From positions 12,896,001 through 12,960,000 of the forward strand of contig JBHGNT010000014.1 of assembly GCA_043228905.1 (NCBI GenBank): a DNA stretch of 64,000 nucleotides, in the 5' to 3' direction. Shown here piece after piece: positions 40,582-53,064 of this stretch; the first letter of the stretch is position 1, and each line of letters begins with the position of its first letter. The notes under the pieces are model-generated. The model made no database searches. It saw only the letters and a program-made list of their open reading frames with translations, and was not told the origin of the DNA. The translations under genes were made by a program, and so were the position numbers. The stretch comes from Azolla caroliniana (taxonomy: Eukaryota; Plantae; Polypodiophyta).

Positions 40582-41023
40582 TATTGAGAGATCAAGCTCA
40601 ACTTAGTTTAGTTAGTTAGTCAACCATGTAACTTTGTAGTTACATAGATAGAATCTAGTTGGAAGTGTTGACTATAATGCCTTAAATAGGACCTTGTACT
40701 TAAGTGGGATATTCTAGATCCTCCACTCCTAAGTACATTTAATATAGGACTTACACCTTAGTACCTATATTCCACTCACACGTGTGCACCTTTGCACATG
40801 AGATGTATATATACCTCATTGTGGGTATTTTTGGATTTGATGATGATAATGCTAATTTAATATAGTTACTCATCCCCCCATCTGGTGTTGTTCATAAGTG
40901 TAACTTGCTCTCTCTCTTCCTCTCACACACATACACACATATCACTTAATGTTCTGCTTATCAATTAATCACATAATTAGGTACTAATTAAAACTTTCTT
41001 AATTACTTACCTAATTCTTAACA
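40582..41023 (+). mobile_element. Copia-type solo LTR
   Basis: T(A)TTGAGAGATCAAGCTCAAC...TTAACA; perfect TSD TGAAC. Confidence 0.88.
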
Positions 41024-42299
41024 TGAACCAATTCTACATCTTCGCGACTTGCTTGCTCTAGGATGACTCTTTGCTCAAGCAAATAGAAGAAGCCACTACG
41101 ACTGACAAGTTCGCCACAGAGATCAAGGCAAGTATCACAAACCGCTCCCATGAACCCAAAAGACCTGATTTAGCTTGTTTTAGAATTCAGGTTAATCTTT
41201 TGTTTCGAGATAATGTTTTGTATGTCCTAGAAGGTCCTTGTCAGACAAGGGTGCTTCACGAGTGTCATGTTGATCCACTTGTTGGTCATTTTGGCGTTGC
41301 GAAAACCTTGCAGTTGATATCTCAGGGATACTGGTGGCCACAACCATGGAAACTCGTCAAAGAGTTCATTTGTGCTCGCTCTAAAGCATCTCATCATCGA
41401 CCATATGGTCTCCTTTGCCCTCTCCCAATCCTCAAATGGTCTTGGGCCTCTCTTTCCATGGAATTCATCACTGACCTTCCCTTTGTTGGTGGTTATGACT
41501 CGGTATTTGTGATGGTCAATCGCTTCACCAAGATGGCTCATTGTGCTTCATGTGCCAAAACCATTACCGAAGAGGAGACAACTGATTTGTTTTTCAAAAA
41601 TGTGATACGACTACATAGACTCCTGAACGTTATCACTTCTGATTGAGGACCACAATTTGTTTCCAATTTTTGGTGGCGTTGTACTGTGAATCTATCTTCC
41701 GCTTATCATCCGCAAACCGATGGACAAATGGAGCGAGTTAACCAAATCTTGGAACAATACTTGTTGTGCTCTCTTAGTTACCAACAAGACAACTGGGTTG
41801 ACCTTCTCCCACTTGCCGAGTTTGCCTACAACAACTCTCTGCATGCATCTATGGGAGTTACTCCATTTTTCGCCATCTACGGTCTCCACCCCCGCTTCAA
41901 CATTTCACTTCCCTCTGACTCTGTTAATCCTTCTGCGGAGGACTGGGTACCTCTCTTGGAGGATGTACATCACGATCTTTCCTTGGAGCTCACCCTTGCT
42001 GGCGAACGCTACAAGGAGCAAGCTGACCATCATCGCTTAGATGCTCCCCAGTTCGAGGTAGGAAACTTTGTTTGACTTCTCAATCGCAATATTGCCACCA
42101 CTCGTCCTTGTCCGAAGCTTGAGTACAAGAAGTTAGTCCCTTTCCGAATCATTGAGAAAATTGGTTCCATGGCTGTCCGCTTAGAGCTACCATCCCACTT
42201 TCATATTCATAATGTATTCCATGTCTCCCTTCTAGAACCTCGATATAAATCTGAAATTCCCGGTTGACACCCATCTCCTCCACCAATCCAGCTCTTAAC

Positions 42300-42465
42300 C
42301 GAAGAAGAATATGAGGTCGACCAAATTCTCGACTCTTGTCTCTAGCTTCAACACCTTGTCCTCTGGAAAGGGTACCCCATCTCCGAAGCAACATGGGAGC
42401 CGACACATCATCTCAAGCATGCCCCGGACATAGTTCGAGCATTTCATGAACATTATCCACAAAAA
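42300..42465 (+). pseudogene. Integrase C-terminal chromodomain (disrupted)
   Basis: Hand translation EEEYEVDQILDS...HLVLWKGYPISEATWEPTHHLKHAPDIVRAFH. Confidence 0.85.
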
Positions 42466-43166
42466 CCAGCCGCGGGTCCAAGGAGGCGGCCTTAGAGAGA
42501 GGATAATGTCATAGACAAGATGCCACATGGAATGGTGAGGGTTGAACCCATGACCTCCTGGTCTTATTGGGAACCCTTACCAATTGAGCCACATCCATCT
42601 ATTTGTGTAAATAAAGTCAACTTATTTTATTATAGATTGATCACTAGAACTTTCAAGAACCTTCTAGAGAATGCATCTTCATGCACTCTCTAGAAGTCTT
42701 TTAGCTTTCATGCATACCTCCACATTCTTGTATAAATACTAGGGTGCACCTTGATTACAATCAAGGTGAACAACACCAGTTATGAAAGCATATACAGTTC
42801 TTGTTTATTTGTCTATCCTCTCTCTTGCTTGTTCTCTTGTCTATGCTCTCTCTCCCACTATCTCTTAATATTGAGCCTTGTCTACTTGTCCTTGACAATC
42901 TTGTGATCTTGCTTATACTCTTGCTCTCTCTTAGTACTTAGCCTCATTCCACCCATTCGTGACAGTGCCCCCCATTTGAGTATTTATGGTGTTCGATGTA
43001 GATGTCTTCATTCTTCTTCTCTCTTGAATACGAACTATGTAGCGGCAATACGATAGTGATGAGCTGGTTCTTCTCGAATGTCGGCGTAGAACACAATAGA
43101 TGCGGATGGGCTAGATTGAGCTACCAAATCGCTCTGATACCAAGTAAAGAATCGATGGTGATTCTT

Positions 43167-43637
43167 TGTTACCGTACGAGATGTACGGGTGATTGATAAG
43201 TGAGGGTGAAAGATGTAATGTATGTGTAATCTTATACGATTATGAGTGTGAATGTAAGTGTGAGTGTGGTGGATACAAAGAGGTGTGAGTGAGTGACTAG
43301 GTGTGAATGCCCAAGGGGCTTGCACCCTTGTGTATCTACTCTTTTGTACCTATTTAACCCCTTATGGGGAATGAATGAATACAATAACCATTTCTCTCTC
43401 AATCTCTCTCTCCCTCTCTCTCTTCTCTCCCCTTAACATTGAACCCCCTTGGGAGGGGGGTGGAGCCATTCTAGGCACCACCCCCCACCCTGCAATGCTT
43501 CTCAATGCTTGTCAACATCTTCATGATCTCTCTCACCATCATACCATTCATCATCTTCACTATTACACAATGTCTATCTTTATCATCAATCATTATCATT
43601 ATCATAAATATTAACCCTAACCCTAAAACCGATAACA
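43167..43637. mobile_element. Solo LTR inserted in the 5' LTR of Copia A
   Basis: TGTTAC...ATAACA; perfect TSD TTCTT; same family as 47210-53298. Confidence 0.9.
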
Positions 43638-43672
43638 TTCTTGTGCAACAGAATAGTTTAGAGATGTGTGTT

Positions 43673-43704
<32 letters not shown>

Positions 43705-46700
43705 CACACACACACACACACACACACAATATTGATAGAATAGACAATGGAAAATACTCAAGAAGATCTATATTACGAAGGAGGTTAACCGACATATTAC
43801 AAAGTAGGAGAAGAGTGCTTTATATAGTCACTCTCTCTCTTCATAAACTAAAGAAGCTCATGAGTCATGGGGAATGTGGAAACTCATTAGTTATGTGTCA
43901 TAGAATATGATTCTATGACACATAGTTAATGTGTAAAGAGTAGTGGTGTGACTTTGGACCTTTGAGTGTTCATACAATCTCAATGGTGTGTTCACACACT
44001 AGGCTAGGTTGAGCTTCATTCTCAACAAGATGGTTGTCTTTTGACTTTGATGAGAGAGAGATATTTTGTCATCATTCTTGAAGGTTAAATTTACCTACAT
44101 GATTGGCTTGGAGAGAGGGAAGGATGAGATAGTCGTGTCAACAATTTGGAAACTCAAAGGTCTTTAGTTTGATACATAGATGTGATACACAATATAGATG
44201 AACAACCTTTTGTTGGTTGTCAAATAGCAAGTGTATCACTAGGGTAAATGATCTTGTTATAAAGAGATTCCGTGGCTTTAAAGCATTGACAAATTTTGGA
44301 TGAGTCATGTATTTTCTCTATAGTACATGGAGATGGTATGAGAAATGGATACTTATATGAAAATCCACATGGGTGGTTGTGCCATCACATATTAGAGCAT
44401 TGTTAGTTGGGAGATTCTTGTCCCCCTTATGGAGAATCATCACTCATGGAGATGGTGAGTCAAATCACCAAGAAAATAGATGTCCTCCCCCCACCCCCCA
44501 AAAAAGAAGAAGATATTGCATTAGTATTAAGAAACACCCTAAGACTATATACAAAAGATGTAACTTTAACAGGGTTCATGGTGAAAACACTTTGTAAGGA
44601 GGAATGAGCGACAGGGATGGTAGGGATAAGAGGAGTGTTGAAAATAGAGGGGTCATCGAACAACGTTTCAGAAGCATCGGAGGCTGCACGAACATTAGCA
44701 CGAAGCCCTCTCACCAACAAGGGGACGCAAGTATAATCGTTATGATGATGACTGATAACAGGGGATAGATGGGATATACAGTAAGAGTGGTAGCTCAATA
44801 CAAGCTATGGGAGTGTTCGTTCTCTTCCCGGAAGAAGAATGCATAATGGAGACTAAAATAATACAACTTAGATAGGAATCATTTGTGGTGAAAGTGGTGG
44901 GTAGCCGGCCGAATTGAGCGATGTTGTGTGACTAGTTGCAGAGTTGCCTACAAGAAGATCTTAGAAGAATGAAGGACACCACATTTATGGGAAATGGGTT
45001 TTACCATGTCACTGTGATGCCTGAAACATATATATGCAAAATTATCGAGGGCAACCCGTTGACTTGGCACAATGCAACAACCTATGTATTCAAATGGGAT
45101 GTAGACTTTGACACGTGTAAAGCAGATGCTTGTACAAGCAATCCAACAAACATGTTCGCGTTCACAAGTGGAAGGATCTTGCATTCCACTTTTAGATTCA
45201 TTCTACAATGATGTAAATATAGGCGATGTACAAAAACTAGATACACCAGTATCACATCTTTTTCAATCTAGTTAATGTTTATGATATTTACTTGCATTAA
45301 CCGCTAAGAGAGATGTTTGCTAGCTGTAGAATGAATATTTATAAACTTGGAGTTACTCAAAATGAAATGATCTTAAATCGAACATTAACTGAAATGAAAA
45401 TGTATTTGGAGGAGTTGGTTGAGCTTTACACAAAAGATGTTTTGAGAACATTTTCTGAGTGGAAGATATGGATAATCAAATGAGATTAATAGTTCCACCT
45501 GGCAAAGGATTCTGCATTTGAGACATCTTAAATTTATTCCATTGTCAGTTAATTTGATATACATTTCTGAAAAAGGATAGTTCTCGATGATACCTAAATA
45601 TAAAATGTAGTTATATCTTAACATATGGTTCAACTTGGTATGAGCATTTGATATCCAAACTACAAAATCCTAATGAGTTTTAGGTGCAGGCATGTAACTT
45701 GATACCTATAGTAATTGATATTGAATTGCAAGATGTAATCCATGGTGGTTATATGATAAAGTTTAACTTCCCTAAATAATACTTGTGGTTCTTAAACATC
45801 GCAAGCTCAACTTTACCTTCTGGTCTATGTGTGTCACTTACCTTAGGCTAAATTTTATTGGGTAAACTTTGTAGAGTCCAACATTCTAATAGTCTAACAT
45901 TCTAACAGTGTAATAGTCTAAATTTCTTTGGTGATCAAAATCTAAAAACGAAGGCAATATACAATGGAGGTAAGGAGAACCATCCTATGCATTAAACATA
46001 GATTCACGGCCTGGAGCAACATTACTGTACTACATTACAATGTGTAATTGACAACTGTCCAATGTTATCAAAACATTCGAAATGCGTAAATGTGTATCTA
46101 TATTCAAACACCTAAACATTGGTAATGCATGGTCTAGAAGAAAACTTGCTATAACGAGAGACATATATACTATTATGCCATTGTAACGTATAAAAAGAGT
46201 CCACCAAGAAGGAATTACTCAAACAATTGAATAGAACCATTAGATTAAAGAGAGTTTGATACATTATAATATGTCCAAATGCTTTTACAAAAAAGGGGGT
46301 GACATTACGTACTCTACATGGCAATCGAGGTATCTTGATCATTCTCCTCATCGTTGTTTTTAGGACTCTCATCCAAATCTTGTGCATTGGTATTCGCTCT
46401 AGATAGGTTGGAAATGGTGGGGTCCTCTAAAAGTTCATCATTGAGCTGTTCCTAGGCTCACCAGCCAATGGAGGAATCGGCTCGCAAGAAGCAGTTTGAA
46501 AACGTTCAGTATCCGCAATGTGCTTTGCCCCAACCTCCTCATCTTGATCCGGACACACTCACAACGCTTTGATCCTCGTGTTTATAAAACTTACTTGCTC
46601 CTTGTCCTTCTCCAATGCAATAGAATTGCGAAAGAGTTTCAACACACATGTTGATGTTGTACTTGTTATATAGTAAAGAAATGACTTAGCGTCATAAGAA

Positions 46701-47434
46701 GTTTTGAGTATCCTATACCATAACGATCAATTAAAATAAGGCGAACATACCCTTGCTAGAAAATAAGTCCAATATCCAATCCCCTTTGCTTGAGAACATC
46801 TCGATAAGGCGCATTATCAGACGTTGGGGCTTCTAGAAAGGATTGACAAGACTACATTCTATTGTGGTAACATGTCTCAACTTACGAGTCATTGTTGTAT
46901 AAACAAGCATATTAGAACCCCCAACCTCATTTGAATGCTCCTTTATCCGTTGTTTTCGCATTTCATGAAATAGCCAATTGTGATGTATTCAATTGTGTTG
47001 ATGAATCGAAACGTCGATCCTCTGTTCATGTTGGTCTTAATCCTGCCAAGTAAAATTAAAATCCAAAAACCATAATAAAAATTGTATCGAAACAGTCGAA
47101 AGGCCAAAAATAAAATTTAACCATTGCAAATACAAATCTTACCAAGTGAGGTTCTCGATACCATGGCATCGAGATCTCAAGGCTTGTGTCACAGAATATC
47201 CTTAATCCATGTTACCGTACGAGATGTACGGAGAGCGAGGGTGGAATGTTATAATGTTGTTTATGTGTATGTGTAAATGTAATTGTGAGTGTGAGTAATT
47301 ACGTATGTGTACACATGCACACGTGTGTGCATGTGGACAGATACGGGGAGGTGTGAGTGAGTGAGTGGTGTGAATGTCCGAGGGGCCTTGCACCCCTGTG
47401 TATCTACCCTTTTGTAACTATTTAACAATGAATA

Positions 47435-47475
<41 letters not shown>

Positions 47476-47602
47476 ATTTTTTTATTTTTATTTCGTAAAT
47501 AATGGCTTTCATTACGAAAGAAAAAACACCACCATGACTAACTTACAACAAACTATAGAACCCCTTCTATCTAGGGATCTAAAGAAAACTACGACACCAA
47601 AC

Positions 47603-50600
47603 TCAATGCCACCCTACACACCAATTCAAATGGCGAAGATGATGATATGTGACCTTGCAGAGTTCTCTCTCTTCTTGGTTGAGATCTTGTGACTTCTCTA
47701 GCACTGTCAATTGCCACAAAAGAAGTCCTTTTAACTTAAGAACATATTTTCTCACCCCAACTTGCGAATAAAAAATGAAGGCATTCCGCATATTCCAATT
47801 GAACCATAGCCCCCAATACCTCAAGAACTCAAAAATAATTTGAAAATGAGGCATCGGTTCATTGTTCTCCATATGTGCAAAAACCCAACTGAAGGAAGAT
47901 AGACTTACTCATGTTAGAGACATCCACACTAAACTGATACACCTCCAAACCATCCTAGCCATCGGGTATGAAATAAATCGATGCCTACTATGTTCCAATT
48001 CCACCGAACAAAAGAAACACAATCCTTTAGTAATGTTTCTTCTTTTTAATGCATCCCCTAATGGTAAAGCTCCAACCATAACTTTCCAAATAAATACCTT
48101 GGCTCGTAGCATCAATCGAGAACACCAACCTGCCTTGATCACATGAAACCACCAAGTAATGGGCTTATGAAAACCCCATATCTTTATAACCCTTTCTTCC
48201 AACCACTTATGTTTGTCAATCAACTTGTGATAAGCAACATTCGTTGAGATCATAGTCAATCTCTTATTTCCAACAAACCTCCAATCAAGCTCTTGAGATT
48301 GCCCATCTAAATCAGGAATTGGCTCATGCGAAGATAGTATTTGTTGAAACTTATCCCAAATAAAGTTATAACCTTTTGGAATACGAAATGTTGATCTTAT
48401 TGTTCGAAAAGCCATTAATCTTCTTTGTGAAACCAACGTAGCATCCTTAACTCTTACCAAACCCAATCTAGCCATCCGATTAAATTGAAGGTTAAGAATT
48501 TGTTTACCTTCCCACCTCAACAACCTTGATGTTGCCAAAACCTCCATTTGTAATGAATTGGCACATCCCCTTTCTTGTGGGGGATCCCATTCCACAAAAT
48601 CTAACATACTTTGCCAAGATGTCAACAAATGATTAACTATCATAGACCCTGTACATTTGACATCCCTGTCAGAATTAATTACATTCCACCAATTCGCTTC
48701 AACCTTCATGTTTCCAAGCTTTATTCCATTCTTCTCTATAAAGTATGCCACCATTTCGGTCCAAGATTGTACACTTTCAAACATGAATCGAATGAAAGTA
48801 AATTGACGAACCACCATATGCTCATATAGATTCAATATTGATGCCCCACCAAGACGCTTTGGAGTACAAACATGATCCCATGCCAACCATGACAAGGCAC
48901 TTTTCCCTTTTCTTTTCCATAACAACATTTGCATCGAGCATGACAACATTTCAAGAGCTTTCTTTGACCATGGGAGCAAAGGAAGATAATAAGATACCAT
49001 AGAGACCATAATCGATTGGACCACCTTAAGTCGTACATGAAGAGGCCAAAATTGAGATCTCCAATACATAAACTTATCCTCCAACCTTTTGGATACCCAC
49101 TCAATAAGTTTCACATGAGAAACTTCCACCCTAATTGGATATCCAAGATGACGACAAATCATACCACGATGTACTATCCTTCCTGACCACCCCAACCCTA
49201 ACACATCTTGTTCTGTACATGAAATGAGGACAAATTTATGTATATTAATTCTCAACCCCGAAGCATTTGAAAACAATTTCCACACATCTCTTGTCTTACT
49301 AATATTTTCCCGATTAGGTGCCAAAAACATAATATGGTCATCTACGAGAGCTTGAACAATACATGGCTTCCTTGATGGCAACCTTAGCCCAAGCAATTCT
49401 GCCCCCATAGCCATATTATGTAACTTAACAAGAATAGGATGTGTCACAATAGTGAATAGTAAAGGACTTACCGAGCATCCTTGTCTAACTGACCTCCGAA
49501 TAGAAATCGGTTGGGTTACTCCTCCATTAAACATCACATGTGAAACCGAACCCTCCCCTAATGTGTATATCAACTTAGACATACGATCACCAAAACCCAT
49601 ATGAGACATCAATTGATTTATAAATGACCAATCCACATTATCATAGGCTTTCTTGATATCTAATTGTAGCCACACTAATTCTTGTTTAGACTCCTTTGCA
49701 TAGTCAATTGCCATTTGAACATTTAAAATATTATGTAAAATGTCTCTTTTTGCTAAAAACCCATATTGAGCATTATGAATAATAGAAGGTAAAACCTTAT
49801 GCAACCTATTGGCCATCACTTTTGCAAAAATCTTGTACATTCCCCCCCTATCAATGAAATAGGCTTCCATTGAGCAAAGGAAGATGGAGAACGCACCTTC
49901 GGCAAAAGCTTGATCAAACCAATCTTCCAAGAATGAGGCATTTCCCCTGATGTCCACACCTTCTGAAATAAAATCGTAAAAGGCCACTTTAACTTAATCA
50001 CATATTTCTTAAAGAGTTCATGTGTTAATCCATCCCACCCAGGACTCTTATCATTAGCAAGATGTGACATGACACCTCATCCTCTGAAATATTAGCATCT
50101 AATGATTGTGCCACATCATGCGATACATGATTTTTCACTCCATTAAAAAATACATCTCTATCCTTTTTAACATTATCATCGATACACACTTGTACATCCA
50201 ACAATTGTGTATAATATTCTATGCATTTCTTCACAATTTCTTGAGGATCGGAAGACATGATACCATTTTCCTCTAACCTTACCACATTATGTCGTGCATG
50301 TGATTCATGAAGGTCATGGAAAAACTTATGTGATTGACAATTAGCATCATCCACTTCTTGTCTTAGATGATGTAGTCTAGCATGTTGATAATTTTTTGCC
50401 GTTAGGTCATGCATTGCAGAAATTAATACCTCTTGATATCCCATCAACTCTACATCTGTTGGCCAATAAGTTAACAATGAGTTGCATTTATCAAGCAAAT
50501 TAACTAGGAGACTTAATTTCTTTCTCCTTTTAAAAGCATGGTGAATTCCATAATATCTAGTTAACCTCTGAACATTTGCAACAAATACTTCCCACGCTAC

Positions 50601-51449
50601 ATACCCATCAAATTGAATACGATAAGCAAATGCATCAATCAATTGACACATATAGGCATGGAAGACCTCATGATCCAAAAATGATGAATTAAAAATCAAC
50701 GGTGGTTTTCCTAAAAACTCATGAAAACCTCTAATTGAGTGGTGATTGAACTCAAAAATTAATGGGAAATGATCTGATATAATTGACCCATAAGACACTG
50801 AAATATCCAAAATCTCTAGTAAAAAACCTTCGGTATGCATTACATACATTTGATGCAACCTACTCCAAGTATCCTTATATTGAGCCGATTGAAAGGTATA
50901 ACCAGGTTCATCTCCCTTGATCCATTTCCATATATCCCTTAACATGACTTCAGTCTCAAAATCTCCCCATTCTTGAGCTTCTGGTCCATCCATAATAGAG
51001 TGGATAGATGTTGATTGATCTGTCTCACAACAAACATTAAAATCTCCCATCAATAAACCCGGTCTACCATTATGAAGCACTGAGTTTAGAGATCTCGATA
51101 ACAACTTTCGTACTTGTGAAACATTTGATGCATACACACCAACTAACACAATAGCTTGCCCTTCATAACATATCTCTACCACAATAAATCTTCCAAATTC
51201 ATCTGAAACAATTACTTTTGGGTGAAATTTATCTCTTATAAACATGACAATCCCAGAATAATCCCCATGAACCTTGCCAGCATAACATAATGTATAACCC
51301 TTAGAATAACTAATTAAACCAGCATTCCGATGATCTTTATGCTCTACTGCACATAAAACATCCCATTGCTCACTTAACACAATCCTCCAAACCTCATGCA
51401 TTCTAAATCTAGAACACAATCCCTTCACATTCCATGTGGTGATCTTCAT
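47603..51449 (-). pseudogene. LINE ORF2 (AP endonuclease, RT, zinc finger) with frameshifts near 50050 and 47900
   Basis: MKITTWNVKGL, MGDFN, SDHFPL; KSPGWDG, WKPISL, LDIKKAYDNV, VRQGCSVSP, VDD; CFFCSVELEHSRH. Confidence 0.93.
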
Positions 51450-51469
51450 ACTTTATTTTTTCCTTTTAT

Positions 51470-52816
51470 TCAAGAAATCTCCTTCTCCTTCATTGCTAAT
51501 GTTTCTGCCATATCCTGAAATAAATCCCCTAAGATTGCATATGAATTACTATGGGAATGCAAAACTCCAGACCCCGATGGCTCCTCATGTGAACGAGGCA
51601 CCGATTTCCGTTTATTCCAAGGAACATACAAATTACCTTTATTATCAAAAGATAATTTCTTTGGATAGTCCTCTTGACGAGCCCATGGTTTATTCCGCAT
51701 GGGATGTGTCGATGTGACCTTCTCCATAGATACATTATGCCCAACATTTTTATTAGACTTCTTCACCTTTCCAGAAACTATTGACCATTGTCCTTCATCC
51801 TCTAGAGTCTTTCCATCCTTCTCATTCACAATTTGTGGTTCCTTTGTTTGCTCTGAAATGATCAAATCTTGAATCTGATCATGAGTTGTAGGCTCTTCAT
51901 GTACCACTTCCACTACATCATTTCTTTTTTGAGGACATTCAGCCATAAAATGCCCCAACACACCACAATGGAAACAATGCCCTGCAAATGTACCCCATTT
52001 AATCTGTAAACCAGAACATGCAATCTGTAAACAAAGAATACACATCCGATATCGATTTTGAGCATTAGCACTAGGAGGCACCAAGATCTTTCCCAACTTT
52101 TCCATCGCTGACCGTAATATTGGCCAAACCACTGAATATGTGCACTCTACCTCAACCCATACGGGACACTCTTGCTTTAATATATCTTGGTATTCCACTA
52201 ATGGTCTCCACGGAACAATATGAACCAAACTTTTCTCATAAAAAACTGGCAATTTATTGAGTAATTTCTCTTTATACTCTTGTGATACCAAAACAACCTC
52301 ATAAAATCCACGAGGACCAGCATAAACATCCTGAACACAATCAGCTTGTAAAATCCCACGTAACCATTGTTTGACCCTCCAAAGGAAAGGTATCTTCCCC
52401 GTGAAAAACAATATGACCCCTTTATCACAAAAATTAGCAAATGAGCCCAAAAACTCCTTATTGTCTATTTCTACCTTAGCCACTTCATCGTCAACAAACT
52501 CCTCGGCAACTTTCACATTCTCCCTTATACAATCTTCCATTAATATATTTGCCATGCATCTTAAATGTTCCCAATGACTATCATCTTTCTCAATATCATC
52601 TTGTCGCATTGCATCAACATAAGACATGTCATTACTATTATCTCCAATACATCGTTTTCTTTTACCATCCCCTCTTGGGCTCGATACTAACTCAACCATG
52701 CACGCAGCCTTCGAAGAATTTGGAGACTCATCCATATTCATGAAAACACTACCATCCATATGACAAGAAATAGGAGAGATTTCACTTACAAGTAATTGTG
52801 TTGGAGAAGGAATCAA
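51470..52816 (-). CDS. LINE ORF1 (plant L1-type RRM/DUF4283-like region plus CCHC knuckle); start uncertain
   Basis: RGFYEVVL...IVPW...CPVWVEV..LGKI; CFHCGVLGHFMAEC; directly upstream of ORF2. Confidence 0.82.
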   Translation of the reverse strand: MIPSPTQLLVSEISPISCHMDGSVFMNMDESPNSSKAACMVELVSSPRGDGKRKRCIGDNSNDMSYVDAMRQDDIEKDDSHWEHLRCMANILMEDCIRENVKVAEEFVDDEVAKVEIDNKEFLGSFANFCDKGVILFFTGKIPFLWRVKQWLRGILQADCVQDVYAGPRGFYEVVLVSQEYKEKLLNKLPVFYEKSLVHIVPWRPLVEYQDILKQECPVWVEVECTYSVVWPILRSAMEKLGKILVPPSANAQNRYRMCILCLQIACSGLQIKWGTFAGHCFHCGVLGHFMAECPQKRNDVVEVVHEEPTTHDQIQDLIISEQTKEPQIVNEKDGKTLEDEGQWSIVSGKVKKSNKNVGHNVSMEKVTSTHPMRNKPWARQEDYPKKLSFDNKGNLYVPWNKRKSVPRSHEEPSGSGVLHSHSNSYAILGDLFQDMAETLAMKEKEIS

Positions 52817-53023
52817 AGCAAGCGATCATGAGATGCATGTAATCGAATGGAATTTTTACTCGTAACGTTCTACCAAGACCTCCAAATGATACGTGCAGAT
52901 ACTCTTTAGAAAGCTCTATGTGCAGGCTTCGAAACGAGCTAAAGAACAAAGGAAACGGACACCGTAGCAAGAAGATACATCAAAATTAGTGTTTGTCATT
53001 CTCCAACATCTCCGAACTTTGCG

Positions 53024-53064
<41 letters not shown>

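Larger units (their letters stand above)
32713..42964 (+). mobile_element. Gypsy chromovirus (Tcn1/Tf1-like), decayed, with most of RT and RNase H deleted
   Basis: LTRs 32713-33199 and 42507-42964 (TGTCAT...TGACA); gag LPDTFDG..FQGFINQ, EPVPMEID, CLYCGSSTHLIRFC; protease LDSGA; jump from YLDENLEKGFI to the pre-integrase region; integrase; PPT ~42493-42506. Confidence 0.92.
16650..44027 (-). mobile_element. Copia element A (decayed), host of several nested insertions
   Basis: 3' LTR 16650-17027 with adjacent PPT; 5' LTR 43143-44027 (split by a solo LTR); Met-tRNA PBS at 43131-43142; gag pieces at 42965-43020, 32644-32712 and 26621-27346 join to pol at 17140-20647. Confidence 0.9.
47473..53025 (-). 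mobile_element. Full-length L1-clade LINE
   Basis: ORF1 plus APE-RT ORF2; A-rich tail at 47473-47495; (CT)n on both sides. Confidence 0.92.

Noticed and set aside
44600-45211. Possible LINE ORF1 fragment (MGNGFYHV..FKW)
   Set aside because: Too short and decayed to support a call
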